Source: Candidatus Nanoarchaeia archaeon
GTDB taxonomy: Archaea > Nanobdellota > Nanobdellia > SCGC-AAA011-G17 > JAFCDX01
DNA: 64,000 nucleotides
Assembly (NCBI GenBank): GCA_041651575.1
Contig: JBAZJB010000001.1
Location: 74,430 to 138,429 of the forward strand
Direction of reading: 5' to 3'
Of the stretch, positions 19,564 to 28,880 are shown piece after piece. The position numbers and the translations under genes are program-made. Position 1 is the stretch's first letter. The number at the start of each line of letters is the position of its first letter. The notes under the pieces are model-generated. The model saw only the letters and a program-made list of their open reading frames with translations, was not told the DNA's origin and did not search any database.

Positions 19564-19869
19564 TTAAACCTCTATAGTATTTTTTAACATCTTTTTTAAA
19601 TGTTCTGGTTCAGAATAAATCCATTGAATCCCCTTTGGCCCATAGATTATTTTTCCACTTTTCCAAAGATATTCTAAAATGAGTTTAAGAGTTTGATGCA
19701 TTATTTGTTTTGGAAGCCTTTTTTTTAATTCAGCTATAGAAATAGGAATATCATTATTTTTCTTTAAAAATTCTTCAACCATTAAAACAGTATTAAGATT
19801 AGGATACCTGAGTATAATATTATTCTTCTTTTCTATTAGTTCTGTTTTTTTAAATTCAAGTTTTTGCAT
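19564..19869 (-). CDS. Hypothetical small protein, putative cognate antitoxin
   Basis: Lies immediately upstream of the RelE-like ORF with a 1-nt gap, and is small. No sequence homology was recognised. Confidence 0.3.
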   Translation of the reverse strand: MQKLEFKKTELIEKKNNIILRYPNLNTVLMVEEFLKKNNDIPISIAELKKRLPKQIMHQTLKLILEYLWKSGKIIYGPKGIQWIYSEPEHLKKMLKNTIEV

Positions 19870-19969
19870 TTTATTTATATCAACTGATACTTATTATATA
19901 TCAAATAGTATATAAACCTTCCTGTTTTAATACAATAATTTTTATAAATAGTTATACCCTTTTAAATTT

Positions 19970-20500
19970 ATGCATAAAATCAAGGAAAAAATAAGAACAG
20001 TACCTCACTGGCCTAAACAAGGAGTTATGTTTAGGGACGTTACAACCTTGTTAAAAGATGCTCATGGTTTTAACTATATGATTGATAAATTGCATGAAAG
20101 GTACAAAGATTCTGGAATTGATATTGTAGTTGGGATTGAAGCAAGAGGTTTTATTACAGGTTCTGCATTAGCTCATAGATTAGGAATTGGTTTTGTACCT
20201 ATAAGAAAAAAAGGTAAATTACCTGCAGAAGTTATTTCTGAAGAATATGCTTTAGAATATGGAACAGATAAAATTGAAATTCATAAAGATGCAATAAATA
20301 AAGGAGATAAAGTTTTAATTGTAGACGATTTGATTGCTACAGGGGGGACAAGTTTTGCTGCATGTAGATTAGTTGAAAAACTTGGTGGAGAAATTCTTGA
20401 ATGTTCATTTATAGTAGATTTACCTGAACTTGGTGGAAAGAAAAAACTAGAACAAGCAGGTTATAAGGTTTTTAATTTAGTTGATTTCGAAGGAGAATAA
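19970..20500 (+). CDS. apt: Adenine phosphoribosyltransferase
   Basis: 'VLIVDDLIATGGT' PRPP-binding motif and 'GIEARGFI'. Confidence 0.75.
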   Translation: MHKIKEKIRTVPHWPKQGVMFRDVTTLLKDAHGFNYMIDKLHERYKDSGIDIVVGIEARGFITGSALAHRLGIGFVPIRKKGKLPAEVISEEYALEYGTDKIEIHKDAINKGDKVLIVDDLIATGGTSFAACRLVEKLGGEILECSFIVDLPELGGKKKLEQAGYKVFNLVDFEGE

Positions 20501-20919
20501 TGTCTTTTCAACCACATTATTAAAGAAATAGCCCTCATATTCCATACTTCTGTTACGCCTTTAACTTGTTTCATATAAATTGCATTTACTAAATCAAATA
20601 ACATATGGTAAGCTATACCTATAATTACACATAAAAATATTTCAGAAAAGAAACTTAATGCTAAAATTAAAATATGAAATTCTATTGTATGAAAAATATG
20701 TAATAAATCCCTATCTTTTCTTGGGTGAGGACTATGATATTCATAACATTTTTTCAAAGAAAAAGATTTGTTGTGAAAGATGCACCATAAATAATGGTCT
20801 ATATCAAATATCCAAGCAGAGAAAAATATAATTAAAGTATTTATTAGAGAAACATCAAAATAATTATATAAAATAAAACAAAAAGGTAAAGTTACCAGTA
20901 TATGTATTAAGGGTATCAT
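20461..20919 (-). CDS. Hypothetical His-rich membrane protein (possible membrane-bound metal-dependent hydrolase)
   Basis: Multi-TM with a His-rich core (DIDHYLW, HSPHPRK, HIFHTIEFH). Convergent 40-nt overlap with apt. Confidence 0.3.
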   Translation of the reverse strand: MIPLIHILVTLPFCFILYNYFDVSLINTLIIFFSAWIFDIDHYLWCIFHNKSFSLKKCYEYHSPHPRKDRDLLHIFHTIEFHILILALSFFSEIFLCVIIGIAYHMLFDLVNAIYMKQVKGVTEVWNMRAISLIMWLKRHYSPSKSTKLKTL

Positions 20920-21118
20920 TTAATTTACCTTTTTCTTCTTTTGGTTATGCTTTCTTCTAAGTCTTCAATTTTTTGTTCTAGGATAAATATTCTCCTTAAA
21001 CCATATAAATTTCCTAGACTTAAACCTAGAATTAAAAGCAACAAGTATGTATTCCCATCCATTACCATTAAATCACCTCTAATTAATATAAGAATTACTT
21101 ATTTAAAAATCTAACGTT

Positions 21119-21403
21119 TTAATTTTTATGAACACATTTAACTATTAAATCAGAATTATGTTCTTCTATGGTTACTTTTTCTAAATCATTTATAATTAAG
21201 TCATTTCCTGCAACCATATATTTTACGTTTCCATTAAATATCTTAACTTCTTTACATTTTGGAAATTCTAATATTTTTTTAGGGCAGTCAGGACTTTTAT
21301 GAGGATCATTTACATCACATAGTTCGATAAAAGGAGTTAATTTTCCAAGTTTTAAAAAGTTCTTTTTCCTTCCAATTATTGCAGATTTTGTTTTGTATTC
21401 CAT
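21119..21403 (-). CDS. Hypothetical protein
   Basis: ORF only. Confidence 0.25.
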   Translation of the reverse strand: MEYKTKSAIIGRKKNFLKLGKLTPFIELCDVNDPHKSPDCPKKILEFPKCKEVKIFNGNVKYMVAGNDLIINDLEKVTIEEHNSDLIVKCVHKN

Positions 21404-21404
21404 T

Positions 21405-22961
21405 TTAATCTTCTAATAAGTTTTCTATAATAACTGCGAATGCAGGCCTGGTTATAAATACTCCTACACATACACCTATTATAGTCATTATAGCAAAACC
21501 TCTTAATAAACCTGCTCCTGCGAATAATAAAGGCAACATAGCAGCTACTATTCCTGCAAAAGCAGCAAATATTATACTAAATGCAGATTTTATTCTATCT
21601 TTCCAGTTAGTATAAGTTTCTTTTCTTAATCCTTCGTCTGTAATAATAATTTGATCATTAACGCCTGTACCAATTGCTGCAATAATACCTGCTATTGCTG
21701 CCATATCCATACTGTTTTTCATGAAGGCAGCAACACCTAACATAATAAATATCTCAGATATTGAAATAAATATAATTGAACCAGAAACTTTCCAACTTCT
21801 ATATCTTACTAATATAATTAAAGAAACAGAAACTATTGCTAAAATTCCAATTAATAAAGTATTTTTTACAAATTGTTCTCCAAGTAATGGGCTAATTGAA
21901 TCTAATTTTACAATGTTTAATTTTGTTGGTAAAGAACCGGTAATTAAAACTGTTTGTAAATGTTTCATTTGTTTTTCTGCTTCTAATATTGCTTCATTTC
22001 TATCTTTTCCAACTCCAGGACCAGTGATTGAAATATCCATAGCAACTTTTCCTTTTAAGTCTCCCATAATTTGTAAACTATCAACTTGTTTATCGTCTAA
22101 ATAAAAGTCTAATTTTTTTTCAAGAACTTCAGAACCTTCTGGAGTTGTTATTAAAGGTATTTTTGAAGTTACATCTGCAAATTTCTTTGCTGCAGCTTCA
22201 CTTAATTTAATTGCAAATTCAAATTTACAAAATTCAGATCCATCTTGGTTTGTAGAACAATCTCTAATTCCAGAACAAGTACCATCATTTCTACATACAA
22301 ATTTAATATCTTCTTGTCCTCCACTAAATACAGTATCATTTCCAATTTTAGCTTCGAATTTTCCTTGTTGTCCTATTAATTGTCTAACTTCTTCTTTGGA
22401 TGCTCCTGCAACTTCAATTAAAATATAATTATTTCCAAATAAATCATTAACAGGTTTTAATTTAATATCAGATAAACCATAAACATTTAATCTATTTTCC
22501 ATAGTTGCAATTAAATCGTCTCTTTCTTGATCAGAAAATTCTCCTTCAGGTTGTATCAATACTCTAGTTCCTCCTGCCAATTCTAAACCTTTTTTAATAT
22601 TAGAAAATGGTTTGTCAGCAACAGTTAATCCTGAATAATTTGTTTTCATAAAAGCATATTCTCTTTTATCTGTAGAAAGTCTTATTATTTCTCCTTCTTT
22701 TATCGAATCAAGAGCTTTAGAATAATCTTGTAAATTAGTTATTGTATTTCCATTTACTGCTTTTATAGTTTCTAATTTAGTTTGTACCAAGGTTGGAGCC
22801 GGACTTGCCATACCTGCTAAATAAGAAGTACTATTAAGTTCTACAGCTTTAATTACAACTCCTTCTTTTCCAAATTGAGGATTTATTGCTATATATGAGA
22901 AGATTACGAATAGTAAAAATACAATTACTTTCCAACTTTTGAATATTTGTTTTATTTTCAT
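21405..22961 (-). CDS. secD: Protein-export membrane protein SecD
   Basis: Large periplasmic domain plus C-terminal 6-TM bundle with 'GTGVNDQIIITDE'. Confidence 0.65.
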   Translation of the reverse strand: MKIKQIFKSWKVIVFLLFVIFSYIAINPQFGKEGVVIKAVELNSTSYLAGMASPAPTLVQTKLETIKAVNGNTITNLQDYSKALDSIKEGEIIRLSTDKREYAFMKTNYSGLTVADKPFSNIKKGLELAGGTRVLIQPEGEFSDQERDDLIATMENRLNVYGLSDIKLKPVNDLFGNNYILIEVAGASKEEVRQLIGQQGKFEAKIGNDTVFSGGQEDIKFVCRNDGTCSGIRDCSTNQDGSEFCKFEFAIKLSEAAAKKFADVTSKIPLITTPEGSEVLEKKLDFYLDDKQVDSLQIMGDLKGKVAMDISITGPGVGKDRNEAILEAEKQMKHLQTVLITGSLPTKLNIVKLDSISPLLGEQFVKNTLLIGILAIVSVSLIILVRYRSWKVSGSIIFISISEIFIMLGVAAFMKNSMDMAAIAGIIAAIGTGVNDQIIITDEGLRKETYTNWKDRIKSAFSIIFAAFAGIVAAMLPLLFAGAGLLRGFAIMTIIGVCVGVFITRPAFAVIIENLLED

Positions 22962-23881
22962 TAGTTAATACCTTTTTTCTTACAATACCAAGTTATTATT
23001 CCTGCATTTGTTAAGAAAGTTGTAAATACATCTGCAATTAAAGCAATTAATATTATTGTGAACATTTCTTTAATAACAACTGAATTACTGAATATTATTG
23101 CTATTGTTAAAGCCGCTACTGCAGTTAGTAACATTGTTAATCCTGTTTTCATAGCATTCCACATTCTATCAAATATTTTTCCTTCGTGTTTTTTTAATGC
23201 TTTTGTTGTCAGTAATATATCTGTATCAATACTATAACCTATAATTAATAAAAATGCAACAATACCTGCACTTGAAATTTTCATACCCATTAAATTGACT
23301 GCTGCTAAAGCAATTACCATATCTCCAAATGCTGCTTGTATAACTGCAAGACTTGGAATAATATTTCTAAAAGTTGCAAATACAACAATACCCATTAATA
23401 TAAAAGCAAAAAATAAAACCATTAATAATTCTGAGTAAAAGGAACTTCCTAAAGAAGAACCTGTTTCTTCCATAGAATAATTTTGATCATCTAAAGTTAA
23501 ATCTAATCTTTTTTCTAAATAAGATTTTAATTCATCTGAGGTTTTTCCTGAAATTTCTACTAAAATCCCTATTTGTTTTCCTGTGCTTAAATCTGTTAAT
23601 GTTCTTACAGAAGCATCTACTAATTCTTTTTCAATTTCAGCAGTATCAACTTGTTTTTCAGTATAAATTGTAGCAGAAATACCTCCTTTTAAGGTAATAT
23701 CTTTGTTGATTATATCTCCTGTCTTATAATAAAACCCTATAATACTGACTAAAGATAGAGCTACAACTATTAAAGGTAAAACCATTAATAACTTATAATG
23801 CTTGTTGTAAAACTCTTCTACTTGCTGTTTTATCATATTTATATTGAAATTTAATGATTTAAAAACATTATGGAATTGCAA
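22961..23881 (-). CDS. secF: Protein-export membrane protein SecF
   Basis: 306 aa with a SecF-like 6-TM architecture. 1-nt overlap with secD. Confidence 0.6.
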   Translation of the reverse strand: MQFHNVFKSLNFNINMIKQQVEEFYNKHYKLLMVLPLIVVALSLVSIIGFYYKTGDIINKDITLKGGISATIYTEKQVDTAEIEKELVDASVRTLTDLSTGKQIGILVEISGKTSDELKSYLEKRLDLTLDDQNYSMEETGSSLGSSFYSELLMVLFFAFILMGIVVFATFRNIIPSLAVIQAAFGDMVIALAAVNLMGMKISSAGIVAFLLIIGYSIDTDILLTTKALKKHEGKIFDRMWNAMKTGLTMLLTAVAALTIAIIFSNSVVIKEMFTIILIALIADVFTTFLTNAGIITWYCKKKGIN

Positions 23882-24314
23882 AAAAGGTATTCTTACTAAG
23901 ATTATTATATATATCTCTTAGCTCTTTTCTTTCAGGCATATCTATATATTCTCCATATTCGGGATAATAAAATTTGGCCATTACATTAACTCCAATTATT
24001 GTAGGATTTGTGTCGCCCCAAATATATTCAATCTGCTCATCTGCGTCTATATTTGATTTAGGGTTATACTTTTTATCCCAATTATTATGTTTAATATTAT
24101 CTTTTTCTAATTCTAAAAGAATATTATCTAATACCTTATCAAGAATTTTATTAAAAATTAGTTTGTCTCCTGCACTTGGTTTAAAAGGTTTAGGGCATTT
24201 ATTACCAATAAAACTTATTCCATTAGCTCCCTTCATATAATAAAATACATCTATGGTTTGTGCACACTCACACATTCCTTTCAATATTTTTTCCCTATAA
24301 TAGTCTTTATTCAT
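23868..24314 (-). CDS. Hypothetical protein
   Basis: ORF only. Confidence 0.25.
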   Translation of the reverse strand: MNKDYYREKILKGMCECAQTIDVFYYMKGANGISFIGNKCPKPFKPSAGDKLIFNKILDKVLDNILLELEKDNIKHNNWDKKYNPKSNIDADEQIEYIWGDTNPTIIGVNVMAKFYYPEYGEYIDMPERKELRDIYNNLSKNTFFAIP

Positions 24315-24334
24315 TTATTAGAAGATAAAAAGAT

Positions 24335-24637
24335 TTATTTTAAGTCTTTTGTTTTGTCGTTTATTGTTTGTTCAAGTTGGTTTATTTCTTGTTCATTCAC
24401 TTGTTTTTTCTCTTTTTTTATATTATCTAATAATTTATAAGTTCCATCATTTTGTTGTAAAAAGATGAATTTAGTTCCAGCTGTATTTGTAACTACTATA
24501 TCTGAACTTCCTTTATTAGATAAATCTCTAACATAAGCACATTGTGGTTTAGTTATATATTGAGCAAGGTTTCCACCTATACCCACTCCTGCCATTAAAC
24601 TAATTACTCCTACTATTACATAATTTGATTCTGACAT
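24335..24637 (-). CDS. Small membrane-anchored protein with coiled-coil tail
   Basis: N-terminal TM (VIVGVISLMAGVGIGG). Conserved promoter element upstream (24679-24705). Confidence 0.35.
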   Translation of the reverse strand: MSESNYVIVGVISLMAGVGIGGNLAQYITKPQCAYVRDLSNKGSSDIVVTNTAGTKFIFLQQNDGTYKLLDNIKKEKKQVNEQEINQLEQTINDKTKDLK

Positions 24638-24678
24638 TTTTTTACCTGCATTTATTATACAAATATCGTATTAATTAA

Positions 24679-24705
24679 TATATAAACCTTTCTATTTGTA
24701 ACTAC
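24679..24705 (-). promoter_or_regulatory. BRE/TATA promoter with conserved upstream element (minus-strand reading GTAGTTACAAA..GAAAGGTTTATATA)
   Basis: TATA about 42 nt upstream of the ATG at 24637. Near-identical copies lie at 36198-36227 and 49083-49111. Confidence 0.45.
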
Positions 24706-24765
24706 TATTAAGTTATATAAATATCAATAATAAACCTTTAAAAAGAAATACTTTTTCCATAAAGA

Positions 24766-25293
24766 ATGATAGAAGTATTAAGACTGTCTCATAGAGTGTC
24801 TAGAGACCCTAGAATTAGCACTCACGTAGCTTTAACAGCAAGGGCTTTTGGAGCATCTAAAATATACTATTCTGGACAAAAAGACTCTAATGTAGAAGAT
24901 ACTGTTAATAAAATAACTGAAAATTTTGGTGGTCCTTTTGAAATAGAATATGTAAAAGATGCATTAAAACTAGCAGAAGAAAAAAAGAAAAAAGGTTTTT
25001 TTATAGTACATTTAACAATGTATGGATTAAAAATACAAAAAGAAATAAAAGACATTAAAAAACAAAAGAATATTTTAGTTTTAGTTGGTTCTGAAAAAGT
25101 ATTGCCTGAATTTTATAAAATTGCAGATAAAAATATTGCTGTAACAGGACAGCCACATTCTGAAGTAATGGCTTTGGGATTGTTTTTAGATATGTGTTTT
25201 GATAGAAAAGAATTAGATAAAAACTTTGATAATGGAAAAATGTTAATTATACCTCAAAACCTAGGAAAGAACGTTAAAAAGCTCAAAGAATAA
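24766..25293 (+). CDS. tRNA (cytidine56-2'-O)-methyltransferase aTrm56 (SPOUT family)
   Basis: 'MIEVLRLSHRVSRDPRISTHVALTARAFGA' matches the archaeal Trm56 N-terminus. Confidence 0.65.
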   Translation: MIEVLRLSHRVSRDPRISTHVALTARAFGASKIYYSGQKDSNVEDTVNKITENFGGPFEIEYVKDALKLAEEKKKKGFFIVHLTMYGLKIQKEIKDIKKQKNILVLVGSEKVLPEFYKIADKNIAVTGQPHSEVMALGLFLDMCFDRKELDKNFDNGKMLIIPQNLGKNVKKLKE

Positions 25294-25342
25294 ATTTATA
25301 AATAATAATATTCTAAGTTATATATAAAAAAGAGGGTGTTTA

Positions 25343-28300
25343 ATGAATAAAGTATTAGGTAATATAATCTTAATTTTTCTTGTTTTAATTCTATCTTCAG
25401 TTAGTGTAATTTCTTATACTTGTACAGAAACCGATGGAGGAAATAAACCTTACACTTATGGAGAACTTACTTGTTTAGAAACAGGCACTTGGATTTTTAA
25501 AGATAGTTGTGATTCTGCTACTAATTTAAGGGAATGGTATTATCGTAGTGATATAAAGGATTATTCTACTGCAAATTATATTTGTAATTGTATATATAAT
25601 CCAACTACTAAAGCTTCAACATGCTCTCAAGGATCTATTACTGGTTGTAGTAGTGGATTATGTGATACTAGTTTAATTGGTACTGGTGGAGGAACTGGAA
25701 CTTGTACATATACCTCATCAACTTGTCCAACTTGGTCAATATGTGCTTCTGCAAGTCAATATTGTACTGTTACTAATTGTAATTCATTAACTCGTTCTTG
25801 TATAACAGGAACTTCTTGTCAATATATTCCACAAACTTGTCCAACTTGGTCAGCTTGTTCAGGAAGTTCTCAATATTGTACTGCTCCAAATTGTAATTCA
25901 TTAACAAAAGCATGTACTTCTGGAACAACTTGTGCTTATACTCAAGTAACTTGTCCAACTTGGTCTACATGTTCTGGAAGTTCTCAATATTGTACTGCTA
26001 CAAATTGTAATTCATTAACTAAATCTTGTACAACTGGAACTGGTACAATAACTACAACAACAGGTTGTGTTTCAACTTCAGAAACAGAAGATACAGAAAC
26101 ATTATGTGCTAACAATGTTGATGATGATTGTGATGGTTCAATGGATTGTGCAGATAGCGAATGTAAAGATTTTTGTGCAACAACTTCAATTAGTCTTTCA
26201 AAAAATCCAACAATAAATATTTCTTTAATAAAAAATTATGGTCCTGGAGAAAAAATACAAGGTTTAATTAGTTTTAATAATTTAAAAGGATTACCTAGTC
26301 CAACAAAAGTAATAGTAGAAGTTGGGGATAAAAGAATAACAAAAAATTTAATTGATTTATGTAAAAATTGTATTACTGTCAAAGAATCTTATAATCTTTC
26401 TAATAAAGGACAAAATATTCCTGAAGAATCTAGAATTATTGAATTTTTAAAAGCAGACACTATAACAAAATATGCATTAGTTATACCTCAAGCAGGAGTT
26501 AATGATATACAAAAAGCAGAATTTAGTTTAACAGGTATTGCTAAAAATTCTTTTTATCCAAATTCTCCAAAATTAGATTTAAATCAAGCAGATGGAAAAT
26601 ATGATTGGGAATATACAGGTCCTTTGAAATTAGATGGTTCTGGAGCAGTTATTTATCAAAAAATTAATTCAGATTATTTAGCTTCATTAACCCCTTCATC
26701 AGAAACCTATAAAATTTATGGTGGAGAAAGATACGAATATTGTGAAAGAGTTAAATTACCTAAAACAAAAAAATATTTGTTAGAAGCTTATGTTAAAAAA
26801 ACTTCACAAACAGGTGGACAATTAAACTTTAGAATAAGACATGATGGAGCTCTTGGTTATTCTACAGAATTTGATGATAAAGAAGGAAACATTAAAAATT
26901 TAGAATGCACTGCACAAGAACCTTCAACAAGTTATTCTTGGAAATCCTGCGAAATAGATGTTTCTAATGTAGATTTAAGTGAAGAATATAATTTAATTTG
27001 TGTTTATTCAAAAGCAGATAATGATGAAGCTGCTTATTATGATTTAGCAACAGAAGATTATTCTTTAATAAATAAAGGATATAAATGTGATCCTGAAAAT
27101 TGTGTATATGCAGAAGGTTTTGATTATTTTATAAGAGCTTATTCTGCTGCCTTTGATCCTAAATTTAGTACAACAGAAAATGTAAATTTAATAAATTCCT
27201 TTTCCGAAGTTCAGTGTAATTATATTTCATCAATAGATAATATTGTTAATTGTATCTTTCCATTGACTTTTGTTTCTAATTCTCAAGGAAAATTACAATT
27301 GACTAATTTAAATTTAGAATATGGAGGAAGGAGTAGTTCTAAACTAATAGGAGTTAATTATATTCCAGAAACATTAAATTATGCTGGATCTTTGAATTTA
27401 ACAAGTAAAGATTTTATTAATTTAACAACTCCACTATCTGAAGGAGATTATAATTTAAAAGTAAAATTGATTTATGGAACATCACAATATGCTTCAAAAG
27501 AATTTGAAATAGAAGTTTTTCCAACACCAAGTGCTTCTTTAGATGTTCCTGAAACCGGAATTGTAAATACAGACATACCTTGTAATTTTAGTATAGATAA
27601 TTCAACAGGATTTAAATTTTCTTGGAGTTTTGGAGATGGAAAAAATGCAACTATTAAAGAAACAAAACATAGTTATGATAATATTGGATTTTATAATATA
27701 ACTTTACAAGTAACAGATCTTAATGGCGTTGTTTCTACTTTTGAAAAATCCATAGAAATTATTTCAGCAGAACAAACTTTGATTACTTTGCTAGATACTA
27801 CAAAGTTACAATTAGATAATGTATTACAACAATTAAATTCTTTATCTGGAGATGTTTCTTCTGTAATAACTACTTTAAATTTAAAACAAAAAATAAATGA
27901 TGCAAAACTTGCTGTTGATGGATATAATTCAGAATATAATTCTACTTTAATAATGACCGGAGTAACAAAAGAACAAAAAATTAGTGCAATATATAATAAA
28001 TTATTAACTTTGAGAAAAACTACTGTTTCACAAATTTCTATTTCCAATTTTGGTTTTAGTCCAAAGTTATCTATGCCTAATCAAATACCTGACCAACTAT
28101 TTTCTTCAGTAAGTGATATAGGAACTGCTAAGAACGATATTTTTGCAATACAAGATAAAATAGAGGTAACTTCAAAAGCTTATTTAGTTAATTTACAATA
28201 TCTAGCTGGAGAACAAGAAACTTTAAGATTGGTTAAGAAAACAGTTTCTGTTTCAGATATACCTCAAGGTTCTTCAATAGTAGAATATATTCCTAAAGAA

Positions 28301-28846
28301 GTAGAACAATCTATAACTGATAAAAATATTTTAAGTTCAGGATTTACTATAATTGCTGCAGATCCAATTATAAGTTGGCCTGCTTCTTCATCAGTAGAAA
28401 TAACTTATAAATTAAGTTCTGGAGATTTAGAATCTTTATCAAAAACAAGAACTTTCTTATTTGTACCTATTACAGAAGAACCTGTAGAAAAATATACTTG
28501 TGGAGACAATAAGTGTGATTTAGGAGAAGAAACAACTTGTAAAGCAGATTGTGAAATAAAATCTCCTACATTATTTTATATTTTTACTATTGTATTAATA
28601 ATTATTGTATTGGGTGTTGGAGGATATTATTTATATGAAAAATATGGGAAAAAATATCCTTTTGTAAACAAAGAATCAGAAATAAGATTAGAAGCTTATA
28701 TTAAAAAAGAACAAGCAAATAGATTACCAGACATACAAATTAAAAGTATTTTAGTTAAAAAGGGTTGGAAAAAAGAACAATTGGATTATGTTTTCAATAA
28801 AATTATAAAAGAAAAAAAAGCTAAACTCAATAGAAAATTGAAATAA
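25343..28846 (+). CDS. Large cell-surface protein: Cys-rich N-terminal tandem repeats, MopE-like motif, PKD domain, C-terminal TM anchor with basic tail
   Basis: Signal peptide. Three 38-aa repeats 'TCPTWS.C...QYCT..NCNSLT..C'. 'CANNVDDDCDGSMDCADSEC'. PKD signature 'FSWSFGDGKNAT...HSYDNIGFYNITLQVTDLNGV'. C-terminal TM 'LFYIFTIVLIIIVLGVGGYYLY' and Lys-rich tail. Confidence 0.6.
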   Translation: MNKVLGNIILIFLVLILSSVSVISYTCTETDGGNKPYTYGELTCLETGTWIFKDSCDSATNLREWYYRSDIKDYSTANYICNCIYNPTTKASTCSQGSITGCSSGLCDTSLIGTGGGTGTCTYTSSTCPTWSICASASQYCTVTNCNSLTRSCITGTSCQYIPQTCPTWSACSGSSQYCTAPNCNSLTKACTSGTTCAYTQVTCPTWSTCSGSSQYCTATNCNSLTKSCTTGTGTITTTTGCVSTSETEDTETLCANNVDDDCDGSMDCADSECKDFCATTSISLSKNPTINISLIKNYGPGEKIQGLISFNNLKGLPSPTKVIVEVGDKRITKNLIDLCKNCITVKESYNLSNKGQNIPEESRIIEFLKADTITKYALVIPQAGVNDIQKAEFSLTGIAKNSFYPNSPKLDLNQADGKYDWEYTGPLKLDGSGAVIYQKINSDYLASLTPSSETYKIYGGERYEYCERVKLPKTKKYLLEAYVKKTSQTGGQLNFRIRHDGALGYSTEFDDKEGNIKNLECTAQEPSTSYSWKSCEIDVSNVDLSEEYNLICVYSKADNDEAAYYDLATEDYSLINKGYKCDPENCVYAEGFDYFIRAYSAAFDPKFSTTENVNLINSFSEVQCNYISSIDNIVNCIFPLTFVSNSQGKLQLTNLNLEYGGRSSSKLIGVNYIPETLNYAGSLNLTSKDFINLTTPLSEGDYNLKVKLIYGTSQYASKEFEIEVFPTPSASLDVPETGIVNTDIPCNFSIDNSTGFKFSWSFGDGKNATIKETKHSYDNIGFYNITLQVTDLNGVVSTFEKSIEIISAEQTLITLLDTTKLQLDNVLQQLNSLSGDVSSVITTLNLKQKINDAKLAVDGYNSEYNSTLIMTGVTKEQKISAIYNKLLTLRKTTVSQISISNFGFSPKLSMPNQIPDQLFSSVSDIGTAKNDIFAIQDKIEVTSKAYLVNLQYLAGEQETLRLVKKTVSVSDIPQGSSIVEYIPKEVEQSITDKNILSSGFTIIAADPIISWPASSSVEITYKLSSGDLESLSKTRTFLFVPITEEPVEKYTCGDNKCDLGEETTCKADCEIKSPTLFYIFTIVLIIIVLGVGGYYLYEKYGKKYPFVNKESEIRLEAYIKKEQANRLPDIQIKSILVKKGWKKEQLDYVFNKIIKEKKAKLNRKLK
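25721..26062 (+). repeat. Three tandem in-frame 114-nt repeats (38-aa Cys-rich modules)
   Basis: 'acttgtccaacttggtc...' recurs at 25721, 25835 and 25949 with high nucleotide identity. Confidence 0.7.
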
Positions 28847-28880
28847 AAAGGTTTAAATATTTAAATTCTTAATTATTAAT

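Noticed and set aside
21405-23881. secF-secD gene order and 1-nt overlap as anomalous
   Set aside because: Coupled secF/secD pairs are normal. The order is not informative from this window alone.
25721-26062. Regularly spaced repeated sequence that could superficially resemble a CRISPR array
   Set aside because: The repeats are 114 nt, directly adjacent with no spacers, in-frame within a long ORF, and encode Cys-rich protein modules. This is a coding tandem repeat, not a CRISPR array. No CRISPR array or cas genes were seen anywhere in the window.
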